A DNA stretch of 64,000 nt, taken from assembly GCA_963728205.1 (NCBI GenBank), contig CAVSIV010000002.1, forward strand, positions 192,001 to 256,000. The letters are read 5' to 3'. Origin of the DNA: an uncultured Chloroflexia bacterium. GTDB taxonomy: Bacteria > Chloroflexota > Dehalococcoidia > UBA2979. Below the pieces are notes generated by a model. That model had not been told where the DNA came from and searched no databases. It saw nothing but the letters and a program-made list of their open reading frames with translations. Shown here one piece after another: positions 35,271 through 45,064 of the stretch. The translations under genes and the position numbers were made by a program. Numbering within the stretch: position 1 is the stretch's first letter; each line of letters begins with the position of its first letter.

Positions 35271-36835
35271 TCGCCGCGTGGCTCGTCGGCGTGCTGATCG
35301 GCAGCGGGCTGATCGCCTGGGCGATCGGCGGGCGCGCGCCGCGCTGGTCGCGGCTCGTCGCGCTCGCCGCGATCGGCGGCGATCTCGTGCTGCTCGCGGG
35401 GTTCTGGGTCGTGCACTGGGGCGACCTCGGTGCCGGGCCGGTCGCGAGCGCGGGCGGCGGCGGGGCGTGGCTGACCGAGGCGAACTACGCCTGGATCCCG
35501 CAGCTCGGCATCAGCGCGCACGTCGCGGTCGACGGCTTCAGCCTGCTGTTGCTGCTGCTGACGATGCTGCTCGGGCTCGTCGCCGTGCTGATCTCGTGGC
35601 GCGAGATCGACCACCGCGTCGGCTTCTTTCACCTCAACGTGCTGTGGGTGCTCGCCGGGATCGTCGGCGTGTTCACTTCGCTCGACCTCTTCCTCTTCTA
35701 CTTCTTCTGGGAGCTCATGCTCGTCCCGATGTACTTCCTGATCGCGATCTGGGGGCACGAGCGGCGGCACTATGCGTCGATGAAGTTCTTCCTCTTCACG
35801 CAGGCCAGCGGCCTGCTGATGCTCGTCGCGATCCTGGCGCTGGTGTTCGCGCACGCGGCGCAGACGGGGCAGATCACGTTCGACTACGAGGCGCTGCTCG
35901 GGACGCCGCTCTCCCGGCTCACCGCCACGCTCGCGATGCTCGGCTTCTTCGCGGCGTTCGCGGTGAAGCTGCCGGCCGTGCCGTTCCACACGTGGCTGCC
36001 CGACGCGCACACGGAGGCGCCGACCGCGGGCAGCGTGATCCTCGCCGGGCTGATGCTGAAGACCGGCGCCTACGGGATGATCCGGTTCCTGGTGCCGCTC
36101 TTCCCGAAGGCGGCGCTCGACTTCGCGCCGGTGGCGATGACGCTCGGGGCGATCGGGGTGCTGTACGGCGCGCTGGTCGCGTACTCGCAGCGCGACTTCA
36201 AGCGGCTGGTCGCGTACACGAGCGTCGGGCACATGGCGCTGGTGATGCTCGGCATCTTCGCGTGGAACCGGCTCGCGCTGCAGGGCGTGGTGATCATGAT
36301 GGTGTCGCACGCCATCAGCACCGGCGGGCTGTTCGTGATCGCCGGGCAGTTGCAGGAGCGGCTGCACACGCGCGACATGGACCGCATGAGCGGCTTCTGG
36401 GGCGCTGCGCCGCGCATGGGCGGCTTCACAATGCTGTTCGCGATGGCGACGCTGGGCCTGCCGGGCCTCGGCAACTTCGTCGGCGAATTCCTGATCCTGG
36501 CGGGGGCCTACCAGGCGGGGATCGGGCTGGCCGCCGTCGCGGCGGCGGGGATCGTCGCTGCGACGATCTACTCGCTGCGACTGGTGCAGCTCACGTTCCA
36601 CGGGCCGCAGACCGACGTGCCGCAGCCGGCGGACCTGTCGTGGCGCGAGGGGCTCGTGCTCGGCGGGATGGCCGCGGCGATCATCGCGGTCGGGTTCGTG
36701 CCGCAGCCGCTGCTGCGGACGTCGGAGGACGGCATCGCGCGCGCGCAGCAGGTCGTCGCGAGCGCGCGCCAGTCGACGAGCGCGGCGGCCGCGCCGGCGC
36801 CGGCGGCGGTGCGCGCGAAGGGCGGCGGGCCGTGA
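35267..36835 (+). CDS. nuoM: NADH-quinone oxidoreductase subunit M
   Basis: [45 protein letters not shown]. Confidence 0.96.
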
Positions 36836-38283
36836 CCGGCCCGCAGTTCGTCGCGCTGCTCCCGTGGACCGTCCTCGGCGCGACGGCGACGCTGCTGCTG
36901 CTGTACGTCTCGCTCGCGCGCCACCACGCGTCGACCGCCGCGCTCACGGTGGTGGGGCTCGTCGCGGCGTTCGCGCTGCTTCCCGTCGCCGCGCTCGCCG
37001 ACACGCCCGCGGTCACGCCGCTCTTCCGCGTCGACCGCTTCGCGCTTTACTACACCGGCGTGCTGATCGCCGCGGCGACGGCCGTCGCCGTGCTCGCCTA
37101 CGGCTACCTGCGCGACCGCGAGTCCCACCCCGAGGAGTTCTACGTCCTGCTCGTCGCGGCGACCGCGGGGGCCGCGGTGCTGGCCGCCGCGGATCACTTC
37201 GCGTCGTTCTTCCTCGGGCTCGAATTGCTGAGCGTCTCGCTCTACGCGTTGATCGCGTACCCGCGCAGCAGCGCCGCGGCGGTCGAGGCGGGCATGAAGT
37301 ACCTCGTGCTCGCCGCCGTCTCGTCGGCGTTCCTCCTGTTCGGCATGGCGCTGGTCTACGCGGAGCTCGGCTCGATGCAGTTCGAGCAGATCGCGCAGGT
37401 GGTGGCCGGCTTCCCCGGGAGCGTGCCGGCGACGCTCACGCTGCTCGCCGGGCTGGCGCTGCTCGTGGTGGGGATCGGTTACAAGCTCGCGCTCGTGCCG
37501 TTCCACATGTGGGCGCCCGACGTCTATGAAGGCGCCCCGCTGCCGGCGACGGCCTTCGTCGCGACCGTCTCGAAGGGCGGCGTCGTCGCCGTGCTGCTGC
37601 GCTTCTTCACGCTGATCGACTTCCGTCAGTACGGCGTGCTGTTCGCCGTCTTCGCGGTCGTGGCGGTGGGGTCGATGGTGGGCGGCAACCTGCTCGCGCT
37701 GCTGCAGTCGAACGTGAAGCGCATCCTCGCGTACTCGTCGGTCGCGCACCTCGGGTACCTGATGGTGGCGTTCGTCGCGAGCGGCGGGCAGGCGCTGACG
37801 GCGGTGGCGTTCTACCTCGCCGTGTACGTCGCGGCGTCGCTCGGGGCGTTCGGGGTGATGACGCTGCTGTCCGGGGCCGAGGGCCGCGAGGCGGATCGCG
37901 TCGATGACTATGCGCACCTCTTCTGGCGGCACCCCGGGCTGGCGGCCGCGATGACGGCGTCGCTGTTCTCACTGGCCGGCATCCCTCTGACCGCGGGGTT
38001 CGTGGGGAAGTTTTACCTGGTGCTGGCGGGCGCGCAGTCGGCGCTGTGGTGGCTCGTGGTGGTCCTGGTGCTGTCGTCGGTGATCGGACTTTTCTACTAC
38101 CTGCGGATCATCGTCGCGATGTTCCGGGAGGTGCCCGCGGGCGAGTCAGACGCGCCGCGGCGGCCGGCACCGGCGCTCGCGGGTTCGCTCGCGCTGGTGG
38201 TGGTGATCGGCGTGGTGATGTGGCTCGGGGTGTACCCCTCGCCGTTCATCCACGTGGTCCGCGCGCTGGCCGCGACGCTGTAG
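36832..38283 (+). CDS. nuoN: NADH-quinone oxidoreductase subunit N
   Basis: [52 protein letters not shown]. Confidence 0.96.
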   Translation: MTGPQFVALLPWTVLGATATLLLLYVSLARHHASTAALTVVGLVAAFALLPVAALADTPAVTPLFRVDRFALYYTGVLIAAATAVAVLAYGYLRDRESHPEEFYVLLVAATAGAAVLAAADHFASFFLGLELLSVSLYALIAYPRSSAAAVEAGMKYLVLAAVSSAFLLFGMALVYAELGSMQFEQIAQVVAGFPGSVPATLTLLAGLALLVVGIGYKLALVPFHMWAPDVYEGAPLPATAFVATVSKGGVVAVLLRFFTLIDFRQYGVLFAVFAVVAVGSMVGGNLLALLQSNVKRILAYSSVAHLGYLMVAFVASGGQALTAVAFYLAVYVAASLGAFGVMTLLSGAEGREADRVDDYAHLFWRHPGLAAAMTASLFSLAGIPLTAGFVGKFYLVLAGAQSALWWLVVVLVLSSVIGLFYYLRIIVAMFREVPAGESDAPRRPAPALAGSLALVVVIGVVMWLGVYPSPFIHVVRALAATL

Positions 38284-38361
38284 CGCGCCGCCCACGGCTG
38301 GCTGCCCGGCGAACGGCGCCGTGCGAGCGGGATGAGCGGGCCGGCGCGGCCATACGGAACG

Positions 38362-38397
38362 CGAGGCTGCTCAGCCCGCTGACGCGGGCCGTTCGCC
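38362..38397 (+). repeat. REP-like element (GCCCGC-tgac-GCGGGC core), copy A
   Basis: cgaggctgctcagcccgctgacgcgggccgttcgcc; matches the two copies at 43389-43505. Confidence 0.7.
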
Positions 38398-38428
38398 AGA
38401 GTGCGGCACCCGGGAAGATGATGGAGAC

Positions 38429-40108
38429 ATGTGGACGCTGACCGGCTGGGGCCGGTCGAACCGCGTGGTCGTGCGCATCGCGTGGGCGCTGGCGCTGGTC
38501 GCGCTCGTCTCGGCGGCCATCGCCGCGGCGCGCACGGTCACCAGCGCGTCGAACGTCGCCATCGTCTACGTGGTGGCCGTGCTCGCCGCAGCGGTGACGG
38601 CGGGGAGCGCGGCGGCGGTGGCCGCCGCCATCGCGTCGTTCTTCGCCTACGACCTCTTCTTCATCGCGCCCCACTTCGCGCTCACCGTCGCCGACCCCGT
38701 CGAGTGGGTGAACCTTGCGCTGCTGCTCACGACCGGCATCGTGACGGGGCAGCTCGCCGGGGTCGCGCGGCGGCGCGAGCAGGAGGCGCGCGCCGGCGAG
38801 CGCGACGCCGTCGTGCAGTACGAGGTGGCGCGTGCGCTGGCGGACGACGACATCGAGCGCGCGCTGCACACGGCGGCGGCGGTCCTGCGCGAGGCGACGA
38901 GGGTCGAGGCGGTGCTGATCCGCGCGCAGGTCGGCCCGCGCGACCTGTCGGCCGCCGCGGGCGACCCGCGCGCGGCGCAGCAGCTGCTGCGCTCGGGGCG
39001 GCTGGGCGCCGGCCGCGTGCTCGGCGAGCCGCGCGGCGAGGAGCGCGGCGCCTTCCGCGCGCGCCGCTGGGTCGGGCTGCGCCCGCCCCGGCTGCGCAGC
39101 GCCCCGGCGACGACGCCGGCCTCCGCCGCGCGCGCGGCCGGGCGGCGCTTCGATCACGTGCGCATCGCGTCGGCGCGCGGAGCGGAAGGCTGGATCTCGC
39201 TCGCCTCCGGTCCGCGCGCGGAGTTCTCGGTGGCCGACCAGCGCTTGCTCGCTACCGCCGCCGCGCAGATCGGACAGGCCGTCGACCGGGCGCGCCTCCA
39301 CGCCGACGCCACGGAGGCCGAGGTGCTGCGGCGTGCCGACGACCTCAAGAACGCGCTCCTGAACACGGTCTCGCACGACCTGCGCACGCCGCTCGCGTCC
39401 ATCGTCGCGTCGGCCGACAGCCTGCTCCAGGGCGACGTCGCCTGGTCCGACGGCGATCGCCGCGAGTTCCTCTCCGCCATCGCGGACGAGGGTCGCCGGC
39501 TCGACCGCATGGTCCGCCACCTGCTCGACTTCTCGCGGGTGCAGGGCGGCGCGCTGCGCATCGAGCCCGAGTGGCGCGACCTCGCCACGCTCGTCGCCGA
39601 CACGCTCGACCGGCTCTCCGAGCACGCGGCCGGGTACCTCGTGGTCGCGGACCTGCCGGCCGACCTGCCGCCGGTGCGCATGGACGCGATCGCCATCGGC
39701 GAGGTGATCGGCAACCTCGTGGAGAACGCGGTGCGGCACACGCCCTCCGGCACCGAGATCCGGCTCTCGGCGTCCGTCCTCCCGGCCGGGGAGAGCGGCG
39801 GCGGGCCGGCGGTCGAGGTCGCGATCGCGGACGACGGCCCCGGCATCGCCCCGGAGGCGCTCGCCCATCTCTTCGACCCGTTCGCCGCGGCGGAGCGCGG
39901 GCGCGGCGGGCAGGGGACGGGGCTCGGGCTTGCTGTCGCGCGGGCGCTCGTGGAGGCGCACGGCGGCGCGATCACCGCGGCGAACGGGTCGGGCGGCGGA
40001 GCGCGCTTCGCCTTCCGCATCCCGCTCGACCCGGCCCCCGGCGACCCGGGTGCCCCGCCGCCTGCCGGCCACCCGGCCGCCGCGGCGCCGAAGGCGGCCC
40101 GTCCGTGA
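38429..40108 (+). CDS. kdpD: KdpD-like sensor histidine kinase lacking the N-terminal KdpD/USP domains
   Basis: DUF4118 4-TM block (FAYDLFFIAPHFALTV), GAF, SHDLRTPL H-box, NLVENA, DDGPGI, GTGLGL. Confidence 0.85.
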   Translation: MWTLTGWGRSNRVVVRIAWALALVALVSAAIAAARTVTSASNVAIVYVVAVLAAAVTAGSAAAVAAAIASFFAYDLFFIAPHFALTVADPVEWVNLALLLTTGIVTGQLAGVARRREQEARAGERDAVVQYEVARALADDDIERALHTAAAVLREATRVEAVLIRAQVGPRDLSAAAGDPRAAQQLLRSGRLGAGRVLGEPRGEERGAFRARRWVGLRPPRLRSAPATTPASAARAAGRRFDHVRIASARGAEGWISLASGPRAEFSVADQRLLATAAAQIGQAVDRARLHADATEAEVLRRADDLKNALLNTVSHDLRTPLASIVASADSLLQGDVAWSDGDRREFLSAIADEGRRLDRMVRHLLDFSRVQGGALRIEPEWRDLATLVADTLDRLSEHAAGYLVVADLPADLPPVRMDAIAIGEVIGNLVENAVRHTPSGTEIRLSASVLPAGESGGGPAVEVAIADDGPGIAPEALAHLFDPFAAAERGRGGQGTGLGLAVARALVEAHGGAITAANGSGGGARFAFRIPLDPAPGDPGAPPPAGHPAAAAPKAARP

Positions 40109-40803
40109 CCGTCACCCCGGGCGCGCGCGTCCTCGTCGTCGACGACGAACCGGCGATCCGGCGCGTCGTGCGCCTCAACCTCGAGGCGCGCGGCTACCAG
40201 GTCGAAGCGGTGGAGGACGGTGCCGCCGCGATCGACCGCTTCTACCGCTGGCGGCCCGACGTCGTGCTGCTCGACCTCGGCCTGCCGGACATCGACGGCG
40301 TCGACTTCATCGCGCGGGTCCGCGAGGCGAGCGCCACGCCGATCGTGGTGCTGTCGGCCCGCGCGGCGGAGCGCGACAAGGTGTTCGCGCTCGACGCCGG
40401 CGCCGACGACTACCTGGCGAAGCCCTTCGGCGTGGACGAGCTGCTGGCGCGCGTGCGCGTCGCGCTGCGGCACGCCGTGCGGCCGCCGGGCGGCGCGGCG
40501 GCGGCGCTCGCCGCCGGCGATCTCGCGGTCGACCTCGAGGCGCGCCGGCTGACGGTGCGCGGCGAGGAGGTGCGCCTCACGCCGACCGAGTGGGACCTGC
40601 TGAAGGTCTTCGCCGCCAACCCCAACAAGCTGATGACCGACCGCGCGCTGCTGCGCGCGGTGTGGGGGCCGGAGTACGGATCCGAGAACCACTACCTGCA
40701 CGTGTACGTCGCGCGCCTGCGCAAGAAGATCGAGCGCGACCCCGCGCACCCGCGCACGCTGATCACCGAGCCGGGCGCGGGTTACCGCTTCGTCGTGTCC
40801 TGA
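40105..40803 (+). CDS. kdpE: KdpE-like OmpR-family response regulator
   Basis: VLVVDDE, LLDLGLPD, GADDYLAKPF, YLHVYVARLRKKIERDPAHPRTLITEPGAGYRF; GTGA-coupled to kdpD. Confidence 0.9.
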   Translation: MTVTPGARVLVVDDEPAIRRVVRLNLEARGYQVEAVEDGAAAIDRFYRWRPDVVLLDLGLPDIDGVDFIARVREASATPIVVLSARAAERDKVFALDAGADDYLAKPFGVDELLARVRVALRHAVRPPGGAAAALAAGDLAVDLEARRLTVRGEEVRLTPTEWDLLKVFAANPNKLMTDRALLRAVWGPEYGSENHYLHVYVARLRKKIERDPAHPRTLITEPGAGYRFVVS

Positions 40804-42854
40804 CGTTCGCGCTCGCCGGAGCGCCCGGACTCGACCTCGGCCCCGAGGTGCGTGGGCACGTCGACGACGATCGTGTTCGCGCGGAAGAACAGGTGCACCT
40901 TCAGCCGCAGCGCCGCCTGGTTGTGCAGGACGTACTGCCAGAAGTGCCGCGGCACGAACTCCGCGAGCACGATCACGATGGACCGGCGCGGCTCGGCGGC
41001 GCGCAGCGCGTCGATGTATGCGAGAAGCGGCGGGATCAGCGACCGGTACGGCGACTCGATGATCACGAGCTCCGGGCCGAGGTCCCACTCCGCCCAGCGC
41101 TGCTTGAACGCCTCGGTCTCGGTGGCGTCGTCGCTGACGTGGACGACGGTGGGGTGGTCGCTCATCGACTGCGCAAAGCGGACGGCGCGCAGGGCGGAGC
41201 GGTCGAGGCGGCTGATCGGCGCGATCACGTGGGTCGGCGCCTCGACGGGGAACGCGTCCGGCTCGTCGACCGTCATCGCGGTGCGCACGCCCTCGTAGTG
41301 GCGGTGGATGGCGATCATGATCGCCATCAGGATCGGGATGAGCAGCAGCACGACCCACGCGCCGAGCGCGAACTTCGACGCGCCGACGATCACGGCGACG
41401 ACGCCGGTGGCGGCCGCGCCGACGCCGTTCACGGCGGCGCGCCGGCGCCAGCCGCGGACCTCGGCGCGTCGGCGGTACCAGCGCTTCACCATGCCGGCCT
41501 GGCTGAGCGTAAAGGCGATGAACACGCCGACCGTGTAGAGCGGGATCAGGTTCGTGACGCTCGCGTGGAAGATGATCAGCAGCAGCACCGCGAGCGCGGT
41601 CAGCACCATGATCCCCGTGCTGAACGCCAGCCGGTCGCCGCGGTACTGGAACTGGCGCGGCCAGTAGCCGTCCCGCGCGAGGATGCTCGACAGCCGCGGG
41701 AAGTCCGAGTAGCCGGTGTTCGCGGCGAGCACGAGCAGCACCGCCGTCGAGATCTGCACGAGGTAGTGGAACGGTGACCCGTCGCCGACGAGCACGGCCG
41801 CGAGCTGGCTGATCACGGTCGTCTGCTCGGTGGGGTCGGGGACGATGCCGATGTGCCCGGCGAGGAAGCTGATGCCGATGAAGATCGTCGTAAAGAAGGT
41901 GGCCATCAGGATCAGCACGCGCTGGGCGTGCTTCGGCTCGGGCGGAGCGAAGGCCGGGACGCCGTTGGAGACGGCCTCGACGCCGGTCAGGGCGACGGAT
42001 CCGGACGAGAACGCGCGGAGGATGAGCACGAGCCCGAGCGCGCTGACGGCCTGGTCCGGCACGTACGCCGCCGGCGGGACGTAGGCGGGCAGCGAGCCCG
42101 TCGCGAAGCGGAAGAAGCCCACCGCGAGCAGCCCGAAGATCGCGACCAGGTAGACGTAGGCCGGCGCCGCGAAGATGGTGCCGCTCTCGCGGACGCCGCG
42201 CAGGTTGCCGAGGCAGATCAGCAGCACGAACGCCACCGCGAGCTCGACGCGGTCGGCGAACAGCACCGGGAAGATCGACGTCAGCGCGGCCACGCCCGCC
42301 GCCACGGACACGGCGACCGTGAGCACATAGTCGGTGAGCAGCGACGCGCCGGCGACGAGGCCGGGGATCGGCCCGAGGTTGTCGCTCGCGACGATGTACG
42401 AGCCGCCGCCGGTCGGATACGCGGCGATGGTCTGCTGGTAGCTCGTCACGACGATGATCAACACCAGCACGATCGCGATCGTGATCGGCATCGTGAACAC
42501 GAGCGCGCCTGCGCCGGCCAGCACCAGGACGCGCATGATCTCCTCGGTCGCGTACGCCGAGGACGAGATGTTGTCGGAGGCGAACACGGCGAGGCCCTTG
42601 ATGGTGCCGATGCGCTCGTGGATCTCCATCTCGTTCGGCAGGCGCGCGCCGACCAGGCGGCGCCATGCGCCCTCGATCGCGCGGCTGAGGCGCGAGCCCC
42701 GCTGGAAGACGCCCTCGGTCGCGACGAGATGGCTCTCCTCGCGGCGCTCGAACTTGCCGAGGAACGGGCGCAGGACGCGGATGTAGCGGTTGCCGGGCAG
42801 ACGGCCGCGCCGCTCGCGGTGCGGCGCGGTGTGTGGGGCGCGGTGATCGCTCAT
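40782..42854 (-). CDS. kimA: KimA/YdaO-like K+/H+ symporter (KUP-related APC fold, c-di-AMP-regulated family)
   Basis: FASDNISSSAYATEE, YPTGGGSY, LLTDYVLTVAVS, ALTGVEAVSN, IPLYTVGVF, C-terminal SPYRS...LHNQAA cytosolic domain. Confidence 0.85.
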   Translation of the reverse strand: MSDHRAPHTAPHRERRGRLPGNRYIRVLRPFLGKFERREESHLVATEGVFQRGSRLSRAIEGAWRRLVGARLPNEMEIHERIGTIKGLAVFASDNISSSAYATEEIMRVLVLAGAGALVFTMPITIAIVLVLIIVVTSYQQTIAAYPTGGGSYIVASDNLGPIPGLVAGASLLTDYVLTVAVSVAAGVAALTSIFPVLFADRVELAVAFVLLICLGNLRGVRESGTIFAAPAYVYLVAIFGLLAVGFFRFATGSLPAYVPPAAYVPDQAVSALGLVLILRAFSSGSVALTGVEAVSNGVPAFAPPEPKHAQRVLILMATFFTTIFIGISFLAGHIGIVPDPTEQTTVISQLAAVLVGDGSPFHYLVQISTAVLLVLAANTGYSDFPRLSSILARDGYWPRQFQYRGDRLAFSTGIMVLTALAVLLLIIFHASVTNLIPLYTVGVFIAFTLSQAGMVKRWYRRRAEVRGWRRRAAVNGVGAAATGVVAVIVGASKFALGAWVVLLLIPILMAIMIAIHRHYEGVRTAMTVDEPDAFPVEAPTHVIAPISRLDRSALRAVRFAQSMSDHPTVVHVSDDATETEAFKQRWAEWDLGPELVIIESPYRSLIPPLLAYIDALRAAEPRRSIVIVLAEFVPRHFWQYVLHNQAALRLKVHLFFRANTIVVDVPTHLGAEVESGRSGERERQDTTKR

Positions 42855-42860
42855 CACTCG

Positions 42861-42948
42861 ATTGTCGCGGCGGGGGGCTCAACAACGGCTCAACAACCGA
42901 TGTCGCCGCCGTCCGTTGACACGCCGTTGAGCCGCGGCCGTCGAGACT
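42861..42948. promoter_or_regulatory. Bidirectional promoter with two oppositely oriented 11-bp-period direct-repeat pairs (putative KdpE boxes)
   Basis: GGCTCAACAAC x2 (42876-42897) and CCGTTGAC..CCGTTGAG (42913-42931). On each side the proximal TTGAGC lies exactly 10 nt before a -10-like hexamer (GACAAT on minus, GAGACT on plus). Confidence 0.65.
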
Positions 42949-42996
42949 GAGCGGGCGCCGGAGGGGCCGGCGCATAGAGAGGCACGGGCGCACCCG

Positions 42997-43431
42997 GTGG
43001 ACGTGAGCTGGCTCGGTCGCCGGCTGATGCGGCGCGCCACGCCGGCGCGGCCGTCGCTCGGCGGCGACGCGGACGCGTGGGCCGACGCGTTCGCGAGGCT
43101 GTCGCGTGATGCGCTGACGTGGGAAGTGGCGGGCCGCCCCGCGGACCGCGCCGGCGCCTACGCGTGGGAGTACAGCGTGCGCCGGCGCGGTGCCGTCCCC
43201 GCCGCCGCCTACGGCGCGACGAAGATCGCGCAGCGGCTCGATGTCGAGGAGCTGCTCGAAGTGGAGCGCGCCGCACGGCGCGGCATCCGCGAGGGTCGCT
43301 GGATCATCGTGCCTGGCTCCGCCGAGTGGTCGCTCGAGCGCCAGGCGTCGGTCGCGCTCGGCGTGCAGCTCGCGTGGCCGGACGCGGACGCCGCGGGGCC
43401 GCTCTGTCACGAGGCTCGCTCAGCCCGCTGA
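42997..43431 (+). CDS. Hypothetical protein divergent from kimA
   Basis: 144-aa ORF with host-like codon use and protein-like composition (AYAWEYSV, RWIIVPG); no recognised family. Confidence 0.55.
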   Translation: MDVSWLGRRLMRRATPARPSLGGDADAWADAFARLSRDALTWEVAGRPADRAGAYAWEYSVRRRGAVPAAAYGATKIAQRLDVEELLEVERAARRGIREGRWIIVPGSAEWSLERQASVALGVQLAWPDADAAGPLCHEARSAR

Positions 43432-43505
43432 CGCGGGGCCGTCGCCGCGGGTCCGCTCTGACGACGAGGCTCGCTCAGCCCGCCGACGCGGGGCCGTTCG
43501 CCGCG
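43389..43505 (+). repeat. Two tandem ~55-bp REP-like units (copies B and C)
   Basis: gaggctcgctcagcccgc[t/c]gacgcggggccg at 43411 and 43466. Confidence 0.75.
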
Positions 43506-43512
43506 CCCCGAG

Positions 43513-44808
43513 CTAGATTTCGCGCAGCGTGCGCCAGAACAGCGTGATGCCGACGAAGCAGAGGAAGCACGTCCCCGTGAATGCGCCGACGCCGATCTGC
43601 GGGCCGAAGTGCGTGATCGCGAGGCCCATGGGCAGCGCGCCCAGCGGCGACACGCCGCCGGCCATCTGCCACGCGGCCATCCCGCGCCCGCGCATGTCCT
43701 CGCGCACCAGCAGCAGGAACACCGTCGTGTTCAGCGCGGTGGCGAAGCCGAAGAAGATGCCCGCCGTCGTCAGGAAGCCCAGCGACAGGAGCAGGGCATG
43801 CGACTGCGTGAACGCGGTCACCAGGCCCATGTACCCGGTGAAGCCGATCAGCATGAACAGCCCGCGCCGCCGCACGTCCCCGATGTACGCGAGCAGGAAC
43901 AGGCCGATCGTCGACCCGAGCCCGATCGTCGCGACGAGCAGCCCGTAGCCTTGCGAGCCCGCGTGCAGCACGCGTGACGCGAAGATCGGCATGAACGACA
44001 CGTACGGGTAGACGAGCAGCGCCGTCATGAAGTTGATGACCATCAGCCCGAGCAGCTGCCGCTCGCGCGCGAGGTAGCGAAAGCCGTCGGCGAGGTCGGC
44101 GAACGGCTTGCGGCCGGTGGGGATCGGACGCCCGCTGCCGGGACCCATCATCGCGGTGGCCCCCGTCGCGATCACGCGCATCACGGCGACGAAGACGAAC
44201 GGCGTGCTGATCGAGATCGCCGCGAGCACGCCGGCGAGCGGCGGCCCCGCGATGCGCGCGACGTTCTGCGCGAGCGAGTTCATCGCGACGGCGTTCGACA
44301 GCGTCTCCTCGGTCGAGATGTCGAAGACATACGCCTGCCGCGCCGGCTGGTTCATCGCCATCGTGATCGAGCTGATGACGGCGAAGACGTAGACGTGCCA
44401 CACCTGCACGGTGCCGGAGAGTACGAGCACCGCGATCGCGATCGATTGCAGCGCGCCGAAGAACGTGGCCACGACCATGATCCCGCGCCGCGAGTAGCGG
44501 TCCGCGAGGATGCCGCCAATCGGCGTGAGGAGCAGCGAGAGCATGCCGCCGACGAACGCGACGCCGCCGAGCTGCGCCGCCGACCCGGTGAGGACGAACA
44601 CCAGCCAGGACAGAGCGATCTGCTGGCCCCACTGGCCGAAGCCGACGGCGATCGAGCTGAGGGTCAGGAAGCGGAAGTCGCGGCTCTCGAACGACGCGAA
44701 GGTGCGACGCCACTTCGACGTGACGGGAAGGGCCGCGATGGGGGTGGCGGGCGTCGCCGGGTCGCCGGGAGACGCATCCTGGTGCGGGGCGGCCGGCGAG
44801 GGACTCAC
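43513..44808 (-). CDS. MFS transporter (MFS_3/DUF894-like)
   Basis: 12 TM helices; GGILADRYSRR, NQPARQA, LVREDMRGR. Confidence 0.88.
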   Translation of the reverse strand: MSPSPAAPHQDASPGDPATPATPIAALPVTSKWRRTFASFESRDFRFLTLSSIAVGFGQWGQQIALSWLVFVLTGSAAQLGGVAFVGGMLSLLLTPIGGILADRYSRRGIMVVATFFGALQSIAIAVLVLSGTVQVWHVYVFAVISSITMAMNQPARQAYVFDISTEETLSNAVAMNSLAQNVARIAGPPLAGVLAAISISTPFVFVAVMRVIATGATAMMGPGSGRPIPTGRKPFADLADGFRYLARERQLLGLMVINFMTALLVYPYVSFMPIFASRVLHAGSQGYGLLVATIGLGSTIGLFLLAYIGDVRRRGLFMLIGFTGYMGLVTAFTQSHALLLSLGFLTTAGIFFGFATALNTTVFLLLVREDMRGRGMAAWQMAGGVSPLGALPMGLAITHFGPQIGVGAFTGTCFLCFVGITLFWRTLREI

Positions 44809-45064
44809 GGGACTCCTTCGTGTCGGACGAGGCTAGTCGATCGCCGCGGTGTGATCCGCTGAGCCGCCGCGACCGTCTACGCGGGCGGTCGCGGGTCGCC
44901 GGGTTGGGGCCGCGCCTCGCTGCGCAACCATCCTGAAGGTTCGCTGAAAAAACGTGCCGTGTGTATGCGCGGGCCTTGTCGCGCGCGCATCCCACGCGTT
45001 ATCCAGCCTTCCATCCACGAGTCCACGTTTGTGTTGGACGCTGTTTCGCGCACCCGGAGGGGGG

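Noticed and set aside
42855-43000. ydaO (c-di-AMP) riboswitch upstream of kimA
   Set aside because: There is no room for it (a -10-like hexamer lies 6 nt before the ATG) and I see no recognisable conserved ydaO elements; an Rfam RF00379 scan would settle it.
39154-43410. Giant ORFs (1418 aa here; also 9616-12810, 9687-12857, 12807-15209)
   Set aside because: Arg/Ala/Pro-rich shadow frames of real genes, expected at this GC content.
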